The translations under genes and the position numbers were made by a program. Below are positions 11,804-22,743 of a stretch of 64,000 nt of DNA, in pieces. Source of the stretch: Mantamonas sphyraenae STR306 (lineage: Eukaryota > Protista > CRuMs). The DNA lies in contig JAPMXV010000062.1 in the NCBI GenBank assembly GCA_026936335.1, positions 232,628 to 296,627 of the forward strand, given 5' to 3'. The stretch's first letter is position 1. Each line of letters begins with the position of its first letter. Under the pieces are notes generated by a model. That model saw nothing but the letters and a program-made list of their open reading frames with translations. It made no database searches and was not told the origin of the DNA.

Positions 11804-14800
11804 ATGACAAAAGGGCATTCTGTGCAAACACTTGCAGGGGTCTTGTTAATCGCTGCTGTGTGCATGGTGCATGCATACAGTAACTTTCCGGGCCTGATTC
11901 CGAGTGAGTTGGCAGCTCCGTTTTGTCAATCACGGGGACCGGAGCACTGACACGCTCGTGTGAATTTGATCACTCCATCGTCACGTTCGGACGCACAATA
12001 GACGGCAACAACGTGCCGGGGTGTGCCGCAATCGGACACACAAACTGTAATGGTGGCGGAACGCGCACTTCGTTTGGGAACGCGTTTCTAGCTGCTGGCA
12101 CCACTTGGAGCGTTAGCATGTGCGAAGGCGATGCAGACGGTGACGGAAAGAGCAACGGCGATGAGTTGGGCGACGGTTGCTGCCTTGGGGTACGTTTCGG
12201 AGAGAAGATCGCAAAGGCGCGAATTTCCCCGGCTCGGACATTAACGCCTCTGCTGGACGACACACACACAGGTGGGCAACGAGCAATTTACAACGGACAT
12301 CACCCATCCGGGTCTCGGCGGGTCGACAACATCCCGAGACTCGTGCGTGCTGGCAGGTACGTAGGGTCGTTATCGAGCAGGGAAACGGGCGGCGATTTGT
12401 CACTGACACACAAAATCCTGTGGGCGTGCACAGCGCCGGCCACACCGGGAGCGCTGACCTTTTCGAGTGTGACGGACACGTCGATGACGGTTTCGTGGAC
12501 ATATGGAGCCACACAGTGTGCTTGTGGATGGGTGCTGGTGAGTGTGTGGGCGCGCGCGAGAGGGAAGGAGCCAAGCACGTCGAGAAACACAAACGGCTCT
12601 GACACAGGCCATACGTAAACGCACGATCGACGCAGCAAATGGACGATGGCAACGGAGGTGCATTTACGACGGTGACGGGAGTGACACGCACCGATCGCAG
12701 CAAGACGATCAGCAGCCTGTCGTCAGGGAAAACGTACCAGTTCAAGCTGAAGGCGACAAACCGACATGCTTCTGACAGCGCCGAGGTGACGGCGTCGCAG
12801 GCAACAACTGTGCCGACATCGCCTCCGAACGCACCGGGGAACGCACGTGTGACAGCGACAGGGTTGACTTTTCTGACGATGGCATGGGATGCGGCGGGAG
12901 ACAACGGCACACCTGTTCAGCTGTACAACTACGAACTTGCACTGAACGGCCAGCTGTCGTCGCCGCAGGTGAGCATGAACACGACGGCAGGTGTGCGTGT
13001 GGCCAACGTGACTGGTCTGACCAACAACACGGCGTACCAGTTCCGCGTGCGTGCGTACAACACGTGGGGCTTTGGAGCCTTCAGCACGGTGCTCTCCGTA
13101 AACACAAACAACCCGAACGCAGCCGTACCAGACACGCCTGCAACACCCACCGTGTCGTCGCGCACGTCTCGATCGGCCGTGCTGACGTGGAGTGCACCGG
13201 CAAGCAATGGCGCGTCGATCACATCGTATACGGTGCAGTCGGCAGTCGCGGGAGGCGCGTTTTCGGTTGCCTACACGGGTTTGCAGCTGTCCAACAACAT
13301 CACCGGACTGGCCCGCAACACGCAATACCGATTCCGTGTGCGTGCGACCAACTCGATCGGCGACAGCGCGTTTTCTGGCGAAGCGACGACGACGACACTT
13401 GCTGAAACAGCGAGCGCACCGCAGAACACAGCCGTGTCTGGAATCACACAGACGGGCGCCACTTACACTTGGAGCAGTCCTAGCGACAACGGCGGATCGC
13501 CGGTGACAAGATACGAGGTGGAGCGACGCATGGGCACGGGTGCATGGACACAGGTGCTGAGCACATCGGACAACACAACGACGTCTTTCACTGCAAACAA
13601 CCTGACAGCAAGCACGTCGTACACCATGCGCGTGCGAGCCGTGACATCGGGGGCAGGAAACGGCATGTGGAGCAGCGAGAGTCAGTTTGAGACGGAGTCT
13701 GCGCTGACCCCGACCGTCGGGGCAAACGAGTACAGCACAAGCGCCAAGCTGGCTAACGGGGCCATCACACTGTCGTGGAAGTTCCTGCAGAGCGATACGG
13801 TGATTGAGTTTGCGGTGGTGGCCGAGACGACAGGGTATGCGTGCATTGGGTTTGATCCGGATCCCACCAACGGCATGAAGAACGTGGACATGTACTTGGG
13901 CCGCGTGGACAACGGCGTCACAAGCGTGTTGGACTTGTGGTCGACGGACAAGGTGACGCCGCAGGAGGACACGGCACAGGGAGGAACGAGCGACGTGCTG
14001 GCCAAGGCAGGCTCGCGCAGCGGCAACAAGCTTACGTTCAAGTTCCAGCGCAAGCTGAACACAGGCGACTCGAAAGACAAGGTGATCAAGAAGGGGCCCA
14101 TGACACTGGTGTGGGCCATTGGGGCGACACCGTCGAGCACGCCGACGTCATTCTCGAAGCACACCACGCGTGGCATTGAGGAGGTGAACCTGGCAACAGG
14201 AGCCGGCACAGGACCCACAGTGAGCGGTGTCATCGTTGCACACGGTCTGCTGATGTTTGTGGGCTGGCTTGTGTGTGTGGCAGGTGGAGCCATTCTGGCA
14301 CGCTTCTTCAAACGCATTGGACACGCGTGGTATGTTCGTCATCGCGCCGTGCAGTCGCTGGGCGTGCTGCTGGCTGTGGTGGGCTTCTTTGTGGCCGTGC
14401 TGGGTGTGGTTGGCACAGGTTCGTCGGCTGTGCACTTTGACGAGCTCCATGGCGTGCTGGGTCTGCTGATTGTCCTGATGGGCGTGGCACAGCCAATGAT
14501 TGGAATCTATGCAAACCGCACCTTTGATCCCGAGCGCACAGAGACACCTGTGTGGCCGGACATGGTGCACGCAGGTGTGGGCTGGTTGGCACTGCTGCTG
14601 GCTGTGTTCAACTCGTACACAGGTCTGGTTCTTGCTGGGGTGCCTGCAAGCGATCCAGTGATTGCCATTTTCTGGGTGTTTATTGCGCTGCTGGTCTGCC
14701 TGTGGCTCTTCCTCACCTGGTACAACAAGTCCCATGGCTACGCCATGAATGACAACAAATCGGGAGAGGAGCACGAGATGAAGACCCGGGCACCACCTGA

Positions 14801-14870
14801 GCGCAAAAGAGAGAGAAACAAAAAACCACTGCGTTCATCCCATCCCATCCCGAATCACACATGCCCCTGA
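11804..14870 (+). CDS. Membrane protein: signal peptide, temptin-like domain, 4x FN3, DOMON, cytochrome b561
   Basis: Signal peptide then YSNFPGLIP|..GNNVPGC..GH..FG.AF..W...CEGDADGDGKSNGDELGD..C..TDITHPG (temptin-like); FN3 repeats with W...Y.FRVRA; DOMON (GMKNVDM, RKLNTGD, KHTTRG); His-bearing TM helices AHG, RHR, LHG, VHA. Several introns in 11900-12640. Confidence 0.85.
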
Positions 14871-15601
14871 CCCCGGTGTGCTTCGTCTGAGTCTGAGTCA
14901 CGTTCGTTGTCTGTGACGCCACTGCGCAGCATGGTGCCAAACGCAGTTGCAACAAAGCCGCCCAAGGCCAAGTTGCCGTCTGTGGTCCCGTCTAGGCCGA
15001 AGCCACCGCTGGACGGATGGTAGTCGATGTGAACACGGTCATGAGGGATGGGTGCCTCGCAGCGGAGTGCGTCGGTGCGTCTGCGAGAACGGGAGGGCTT
15101 GGCAAAGCTGTCGACAACGTTGTTGAAGCCAAAAACGATGCAACACGGCGTGCAGGCGGTGATGCATGCTGCAATAAACATAAGCCAGCGAGTGAAGGGT
15201 ACGGAGTCGGGTTTTGTGTCGACGCGCTCAAGAACATAGTCGGAGGGTCGGTAGAAACACTGGAGGGAGTCGTTGCGCGAGCGCTGCGTGGTTTTGAAGT
15301 AGCATAGAAGCGGATCTGTGTTGCCGCAGGTGTGCACGTTATTCACTATCCTCTGAGTGGAATTGATGGGCTGGTCACGGCCAAGGGGTCTGTAGGAGTA
15401 CTCGACGAGGAGTTCCCTGTGGCAACCCTTCATGCCGCACTCGTCGACGTAAATTGCAAAGTTGACGGAGCATGTGACGGCTCCCACGCGTTCATTGTTG
15501 CTAATAAGCATATACCAGGCTGCCCACGTGGCTGCGCAGCCGACAAGGAGGAAGCCGACGCCCGAGAGGAGAAACTCTATCCGCCTGACACGAAGGCCCA
15601 T
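14855..15601 (-). CDS. Two-TM membrane protein with a Cys-rich loop, function unknown
   Basis: Single ORF from ATG 15601: N-terminal hydrophobic helix, ~110-aa loop with 6 Cys and N-glycosylation sequons, second TM WLMFIAACITACTPCCIVFGF. Confidence 0.65.
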   Translation of the reverse strand: MGLRVRRIEFLLSGVGFLLVGCAATWAAWYMLISNNERVGAVTCSVNFAIYVDECGMKGCHRELLVEYSYRPLGRDQPINSTQRIVNNVHTCGNTDPLLCYFKTTQRSRNDSLQCFYRPSDYVLERVDTKPDSVPFTRWLMFIAACITACTPCCIVFGFNNVVDSFAKPSRSRRRTDALRCEAPIPHDRVHIDYHPSSGGFGLDGTTDGNLALGGFVATAFGTMLRSGVTDNERDSDSDEAHRGQGHV

Positions 15602-15678
15602 GTGCCCGTGGTTGGTTGCCGTGGCCACGTGTGCGCACAGGTGTAGGGCGAAAAGCAAGAGTGATGATTGGGTGTGCC

Positions 15679-16505
15679 TCACTTGTTGTGCTTGAGGTCG
15701 CTGTTGACCCTGTCCATGGCATGCTTGGCAGGCTCGTCGGCCGGGTAGGCGACAATGCGCTCCTTGAGGATGGCAATGAGCTTGTTGACAAAGCCATAGT
15801 TGATGGCCATGAAAAGAAAGAGGGCTGTGTTGAGGGCGATGGAGAGGGCTTGTTCGGCACGACGTGTGATCTGGGACTGGACCTCGGTGGGCAAGTGCAG
15901 GTCAGTGCTCTGGCAATACCCCTGTATGCACAGCTGGGTAACGCCGTTCAGGCGAACAATCTCGACAATGGTGATGCCCAGGACGACCGTTTGCACAGCC
16001 CACGAGATCTTTGAATACTGTGGGCGGGCAGAAACGCAGCGTGAGTAACGGACGTCAACGGAGCCCTGCACGTGAAGTGCGTGCACAGGTTGGAGGGACA
16101 GAATGAGTGTGTGGGGCACATACAATCTCGAGAAGGAGCTGGTTTCGGCGGCGAGCGCCGATGATGGAGAGAAAGCCGAGGAGCAGTGGGAAACCCATCC
16201 ACCAGAAGTTGGTAATAATCATAGCGACGCCACAGAGCTGTGGGGAAGGATGGTCCGGAATTGTAAGCAAGTGAAAAGGAAGAGTTGGGCGAACGAAAAC
16301 ACTCGCGGTGCATGACCAGGCGACAGAGGCAACGGGAACGTACCATAAAGAGGACAGAAGTGACGTAGATGCGGAGCACCTGGGGTTTGCAGGCCTTCTC
16401 CTCGGCCTGACGACGCTCACGGTACCAGTCAATGTCCACATCGTTGATTTGGTGCAGGGGATCGCTGGGATCGGGCATGGAGGGCACGATCTGGTTGCGA
16501 CGCAT
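15679..16505 (-). CDS. Small four-TM membrane protein, unknown
   Basis: Exons MRRNQ...VTSVLFM | LCGVAMII...LLLEI | ...SWAVQTVVLGITIVEIV...ALFLFMAINYGFVNKL joined by GT-AG introns; four hydrophobic segments. Confidence 0.65.
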
Positions 16506-16576
16506 GACGACTGGAATTTGGGCCACATGGCGCGACCACTCGGCCAGCCTGAAAGAAGACCAGACCACACAGTCGC

Positions 16577-19422
16577 ATGCTGCGAGGGAGTCGAACACGG
16601 AGAGTGACACGCCAGCTTGGCGGGGTGTTGACAAACGCCCGTGTGCTGGTGGCGAGTGGGCGGGAATCGGTGGTGGTGGTGGACACTGCAAGCCAGGCAG
16701 GTCGGATGTTTTCGCGAGTCGCGCGAACCTCGGAGGCCCAGAGAGTCGGAGGCCCTGTGCGGGGCCTGGAACGCCGCACAGGCGTAGGCATGATGCAGAG
16801 GGGGCAGAGGACAGGCCAGGTCGTGCATCGGTGCTACTCTGGCCAGAGTGGCGGCGCGGGAAAGGCTGCGAGCGTGAGCGAGGGATTGGGTGCGCCGCTG
16901 TTCGGTGCAGCCCTAGGCTTTGCCGGCGCATACGCCGTGACCAACTGGACGAGCGACAATGGCCAGGGGCGGACAAGCGACGTGCAGGCACGGGTAAGTG
17001 ATTGAACGCATGCATGGGCGTGTGGCACAGGCGGGCTGTGCGGGCGTGCGTGCGCGAGGGTGGCGGGGAGAACGAAATCGGGCCATGTCCGCTCAAACCT
17101 TCTTTGCGCCGTTCGGCAAATTGGCGTATACTCGCAGGATGAGAACGAGGAGCAGGAGAACAGCGAACCTACACATCCACTGTACTCTGTGTTCTGCGAG
17201 TTTGCATCGGTGAACCGCGGAGGCGTGTGGATGATGACGCCCGAGGACTTCATTCAATCGCTGCTGCCCGACGAAGAGGGCTCGGCCAACGAGATCGACG
17301 CAGCCAACTTTATCGCTCTCTTCCGCCTGGCAGACCGCACACACACAGGACTCATCAGCTTCCAGGAGTATTTGCTGTTTGCCACCATCATGAGCAAGCC
17401 CGAGTCGGAGTTTGAGATTGCGTTTCGGCTGTTTGACTCGGACAACGACGGCAAGATCCAGAAAGGTGCGCGGGAACAGCAGGAACACGGGTTGAGAATG
17501 CACGTGCGGCATGAGGGCAATCACTGACACGGACAGGAGAACACACACGCATGCACACACATGCACACACACACGCATTTGACACGACATGACGCACAGC
17601 CGAGTTTGAGCGCATGCTCAAGTCGTCCGGTGCCGGAGGGCACTTTGATCTGGACTCGGACTTTATGAAGCGCTTCTTTGGTGCCGACGGCACGGGCTCT
17701 CTGTCGTATGCAGAGTTCATAGAGCTGCTGTCGTCGCTGCGTGCAGAGATCATCCGCCAGGAGTTTCAGTACTACGACAAAGAGGGCAAGGGAGTCATCA
17801 CGGCGCAGGACTTTGTGAAGATCCTGACCTTTGTGGAGGGCAGCCGGCTGCCGGCATACATCCGGGCCAACCTCAACAAAGTGCACGACGGCACCATCAG
17901 CTACGCACAGTTTCTTGCATTTGAAAACATGCTGCGCAAGGTGGACGACCTGGACCAGGCGCTGCGCATCTACTGTCCCTCCAACGATTGCATCATCAGC
18001 AAGCAGGACTTTACATCGATTGTACGCGCTTCGACGGGGCAAACCCTGTCGCCCATGGAGGTGGACATCATCTTTCGGCTGTTTGACGTGCACCGCAACG
18101 ACACATTGGACGTGGAACACTTCCTCTCGGTGATGAAGAAGCGGGCCATGCGCAACGTAACCGACCGTGCACTGCCCAAGGGCCCCAGTGAACAGAACCC
18201 TGCCGCAGGAGGCGAAAACACAGTGCTGGACTATGCAATTGCGAGTGCACAGCATTTTGTGCTGGGCGCAATCGCAGGCGGCATCGGCGCGTTTGCGGTG
18301 TACCCCATCGATCTTGTCAAGACGCGCATGCAGAACCAGCGTTCGGTGGCGGGCAAGAAGAAGATGTACGAAAACTCTTTGGACTGTTTCCGCAAGACGC
18401 TGCGTGCAGAGGGTGTGGTGGGTCTGTACCGAGGCCTTGGACCGCAGCTGGTCGGCGTGGCGCCGGAAAAGGCGATCAAGCTGACCATGAACGATCTGCT
18501 GCGCTCGCTGTTTTCCGACGATGGCGAAACCATCTATTTTCCGCTGGAGATCCTGGCCGGTGCAGGTGCAGGCGCGTCGCAGGTGGTCTTTACGAACCCG
18601 CTGGAAATCATCAAGATCCGCTTGCAGGTGCAGGGTGAGGCTATCAAGGCGGCCCAAGAGGCAGGGCGTGAGCTTGTGCCCAAGAGCGCGGTGAACATCA
18701 TCAAGGAACTGGGTTTCATGGGCCTGTACAAGGGCGCCGCAGCGTGCCTGTTGCGCGACGTGCCGTTCTCTGGCATTTACTTCCCCGGATATGCAAAGTT
18801 GAAGGAGAAGTTTACGGACGAGGACGGAGCAACGTCGCCGCAGAACCTGCTGCTGGCAGGAGCGGCTGCAGGCATGCCTGCAGCGTCGCTGACGACGCCG
18901 GCAGACGTGATCAAGACGCGTTTGCAGGTGGAGGCGAGGGAGGGCGAAAAGGCTTACTCGGGCATCCGAGACGCAGCCAGACATATCTACAAAGACGAAG
19001 GGCTGAGTGCGTTCTTCAAGGGCAGTGCGGCGCGCGTGTTTCGCTCGTCGCCGCAGTTTGGAGTGACGCTTTTGTCGTACGAGCTGCTGCACATGCTTCT
19101 GTTCCCGGATATGGACAAGCGACCTCCGACAAATGCACCGGTGACCGGTGTGGACTACCAGAGGATGCACCGCGATCTGGTGGCCCAGAGGATGCAGAAT
19201 GTGACAAGGAACCTGAACACGCTGGGCTTTGCCACGACTGTGCCAGAGGAGCAGCAGCTGGAGGAGCACGAAGGAGGCAAAGGTGTGGGTGTGGGCCCCG
19301 GTGGTCTTCGCAATGTGGGCGGTGCTTCGCTGCGTGGTGAAGGCACCAAGCGCACTGGCATGGGCGACTACACCACGCCTGTCGGTGCTGTGGGTGAAGA
19401 CGAAGACGATGAGATGGACTGA
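16577..19422 (+). CDS. Ca2+-binding mitochondrial aspartate/glutamate carrier (aralar/citrin, SLC25A12/13-like) with an N-terminal presequence-like extension
   Basis: FCEFAS...MTPEDF, multiple EF-hands, three carrier signatures (YPIDLVKTRMQ, NPLEIIKIRLQ, TPADVIKTRLQ), RDVPFS and RSSPQFGVTL; introns ~16994-17137 and ~17466-17599. Confidence 0.92.
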
Positions 19423-19455
19423 GGCAATGAAAGACACACACACACATAGTCACGT

Positions 19456-19972
19456 TCACTTTTCGTCGTCATAGAGGCCCGCTGCTTCTTTGGCCTCCTC
19501 CAACTCCTTGTACGTGAAGAGCCAACGGTCCATCAGCTCCCGCTCGTTGGTGACATGTGGCATCTGCTGCTCGCCCACCTGAAGCTCTGTGTTGGGTTCC
19601 AGTGTCCATTTCATGTCGTTCTTGACCACTTCGTGCAACCAAGCCTTGCGCTCAGCCAGCTCTGGGAAAGTGTGAGGATTGCTGCACAAAAACACGAAAA
19701 CAAAGGCGGGCGTGGCGACGTGCGGGTGACGGCAGCGGATTTGCAACCGACTACCATCGAAACGATGGGTTTAGTTTTGTTTTTTATATGTAACAAAGCA
19801 CAGCAGTGTTCACGGTCGGTAGCAAAGACCTGCGACAAACGCCGTGGTCGTCGGGCTGCAAACCCACGCACTCACCGTCCTCGCTCATGTTCTTGATGCG
19901 CTGGCCAAGCTTGCGCTTGTGATCTTCGTCCATGTCCTTGATCATGTCGCCAAAGAAGCCGCCGGTGCTCAT
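19456..19972 (-). CDS. Small (~100 aa) charged protein, unknown
   Basis: Exon 1 MSTGGFFGDMIKD...MSED|gtgagt spliced in phase to ELAERKAWLHEVVKND...LYDDEK*; codon usage like the neighbours. Confidence 0.6.
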
Positions 19973-20029
19973 GTGTGCAGGGAAGGTTTGGCGTGTTGGC
20001 CCGAGCTGCGCCAAAACTGAACCATCGAC

Positions 20030-21202
20030 ATGTCGGAAACAAACGAGGACGTGACTGCGTATGAGGAGCAGTTGTACGCCAAACATGGCCACCTGAGCGT
20101 GTTGAAAGACCTCGACATGGGCGACTCGGACGCTCTCGCGGAGGAGGCGGCCGCGGTGGCCGAAAACGGCCAAACATGCTCGCAAACAGAAGAACAAGCA
20201 CCTCACTGTGTCCTTGCTCGCCACTTGCTGTCTATCTGACAAGCTGTTGGCCTCTGGAGACACGGAAGTCCTGTGCGTTTTCCGTTTGCGCGCGCACAGC
20301 CGCCCCAGCAGCGCATGTGTGGACAGTGCATGCGCGTAGAGTGGTGCAAGCACATAGCAATGGGCTGGTGACACGCACTGCGGATGGGGTTGGGTTCACG
20401 CTGACACGGACACCCTGTACACAGCACAAGTGCTTTGGAGCACGTGAAGCGCGCACGACTGGAACAGCTGGGTGTAGAGGTGGTGGACAACCTGGAGCTG
20501 CTGGGCCAAGTGACTCACGTATATTTGTCTGGAAACCGCATTGTGGACATGTCCGATGCGTTCCAACTGACCTTTTCGCTGGTGTTTCTCGATCTGTCCT
20601 TCAACAGAGTGACACGAGTCGATGGCATCGAGCATTTACCATCGCTTGAGACGCTGCTCCTGGACAACAATCTCATTGAATCGCCGTCAGACATCGACTC
20701 GGCCGCTCTTCCTGCGTCTCTGCGCGTCCTGACGCTGGACGGGAACCCCGTGCTGAATTCGCATCCAGAGGCCATGGAGGCTTTGCTTGCGCAGTACTCG
20801 CAAGCTGTGGAGAGCGAGGAGGCTGACGAAGGAGATGATACAATGGATGAGGACGACAAAGATGACGAGGAGACGCAAGCAGAGGCGGAACAATTGCGCT
20901 CGAAGCAACAGCAGCGCACACGCATGTTGGACCAAACCGACATGAGCAATCTGGGCGAAGACGACATGCTCAACCTGTACATGAATGTGGTGATGTCATC
21001 GACGCTGAACCACGGCCGAGTCAAGGACGAGGGGGAGGCCATTCGGCAGCAGGCACAGGCAATTGTACACGACATGACCGCTGGAGTCGATGAGCGACGC
21101 GAAGCCAGACTGCGGGAGATGGAAACATCGAGCAAGAAGAAGCAGGAGATGTTTGAGAAGGACAGGCAGTTTGTGGAGAACGAGTTTGCCATGAACGAGT
21201 GA
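20030..21202 (+). CDS. SDS22-type leucine-rich repeat protein (LRRC46-like); +1 frameshift near 20165
   Basis: ARLEQLGVEVVDNLELL, VYLSGNRI, LDLSFNRV, LLLDNNLI, LTLDGNPV followed by an acidic coiled coil. Removing one A in GAAAAC restores the frame up to an intron at ~20273-20424. Confidence 0.72.
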
Positions 21203-21251
21203 ATGTGATTCAACACACGCTTCATTCGGTTTGCATCGTTGTCACACACGC

Positions 21252-22577
21252 TCACAGCTGCGAGTCCAAAAACTGGATGGCAGGCTCGTAAATGAGCGAA
21301 GCGGCCTGGGGCGAGAGGACGAAATCAAAGTGGCCAAAGGTGGGGATGAACTTTTCAAACTTGACGACCGAGTCGGGCAGATCGGCACGCAGGTGAGCAT
21401 AATCGGTGGGGTCGGCCAGCTGGTCGATGCCTCCGTGGAAGAGGGCGACGGGCAGAGGGAAGTTCTTGACCGAGTACTTGGGCGGGGTGGTCTGGTTGTA
21501 CGCCTTCTTGTTTGCGTCGGGGCTACCGTAGTCAAAGAACTGAAAGTTACCCGAGCGAACCTCCTGGGCCATGTGGGCCATGTTCTGCACGGCCGTCGGC
21601 TGCGGGATGTACTCGAGGTAGAAGGGCTCGCGGGTCACGTTGAGGCAGCAGTTGTCGCCCGTGAACGAGTCCCACAGGTTGTCGCACAGCTTCTCGTCGA
21701 GTTTGCACACAATGGGCAGGTTCTTCTTGAGAAACTCGGGTTCGAGGAGAAACTCGTGGACGCCGAGCTCCTCGAGCGCAATCTCAAAGTGGAAGCGCAC
21801 CAGCGTCTGCAACAGCTTGTTGCTGATATGCTCGAGGTAGATGATGGGTGCCAGCCCCACAAACAGGTTCACCTTCTTGGCAAGCTCCGGGTAAGTGCTG
21901 AATCCGGCCCAGGCCTGGATTGTGCCCTGTGCGTGGATTTTCGTGCGTGGGGAAAAACGAAGCGTTAGAGAGTGGTTGCCCGTCAGCGTCAGCAGGTGCA
22001 TGCCTGTGGATTGGAGCAATTGCCAGGGCGCTGCACACACACGATTCCTCTCGATACGTACCTGGGAGTGACCAAAGTAGGTCAGCTGCGAGGCGCCAGA
22101 GACCTTGAGAGCAAGGGAGAGCATGGCGTCGAGGTCGTACTTGGCCATCTGGTCCCAGCTCCATGCCCAGTACTGCGCGTCGCTGGGCTTGTAGTGCAGG
22201 TTGACGTCGCTGTACATGTTGCCTCGGTTGTTCCCCAGCCAGACCTCATAGCCGGCGTCGGCCAGCATGAGAGGCAGGCTCTCGTTGGGAGCGTTCAGCA
22301 CCCAACCTGTCGACGAGCCCAGCAGGCCGTGCTGCACAAACACAACCCCCTTCCGGGATGTGCTGTTGCTGTTGCGACCGTGCGTGATGCGCTGCAGCGA
22401 CAGCACCCATCCGTCCTCCGTCGTCGTCACATAGTCGTCGCAAGGATACCCGTACCCTTGGATGATTTGCGTCACGTTTTCCGCTGCCGCGGCCTGCTGG
22501 GCCAGCACAGCCAGCGCCAGCAGAAGTGCCAGCATTGCCATGCCTGAGCGTGTGGAGCAAGCGCGAGAAATGGCCAT
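21252..22577 (-). CDS. Lysosomal/gastric-type acid lipase (AB hydrolase), secreted
   Basis: Signal peptide; TEDGWVLSLQRI, QHGLL, VWLGNNRGN, GHSQ|GT nucleophile motif split by an intron (~22061-21928), DQLAD, GHFDFV. Confidence 0.93.
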   Translation of the reverse strand: MAISRACSTRSGMAMLALLLALAVLAQQAAAAENVTQIIQGYGYPCDDYVTTTEDGWVLSLQRITHGRNSNSTSRKGVVFVQHGLLGSSTGWVLNAPNESLPLMLADAGYEVWLGNNRGNMYSDVNLHYKPSDAQYWAWSWDQMAKYDLDAMLSLALKVSGASQLTYFGHSQVRIERNRVCAAPWQLLQSTGMHLLTLTGNHSLTLRFSPRTKIHAQGTIQAWAGFSTYPELAKKVNLFVGLAPIIYLEHISNKLLQTLVRFHFEIALEELGVHEFLLEPEFLKKNLPIVCKLDEKLCDNLWDSFTGDNCCLNVTREPFYLEYIPQPTAVQNMAHMAQEVRSGNFQFFDYGSPDANKKAYNQTTPPKYSVKNFPLPVALFHGGIDQLADPTDYAHLRADLPDSVVKFEKFIPTFGHFDFVLSPQAASLIYEPAIQFLDSQL

Positions 22578-22743
22578 TGCGGGTTTTTGTTTGAGTTGGA
22601 TAGGCGTTCGCGCTACCACACGAAGGAATAGCCACGTGTGTGTATGTGTGTGTGTAGGTGTGTGTGCGGGTACTGCTTGGTCCATTGGTCGTGGGTGTGG
22701 GTGTGCGGGGCATCGTTGGCTTCCGGGTGCTGTGCTTGCAACC

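Noticed and set aside
17521-19443. 640-aa antisense ORF over the mitochondrial carrier (similar cases at 33817-34776 and 58081-59379)
   Set aside because: Shadow ORFs expected from GC-rich codon bias; no recognisable motifs.
20237-20239. TGA readthrough or selenocysteine in the LRRC46-like gene
   Set aside because: The stop is out of frame once a single extra A near 20165 is removed.
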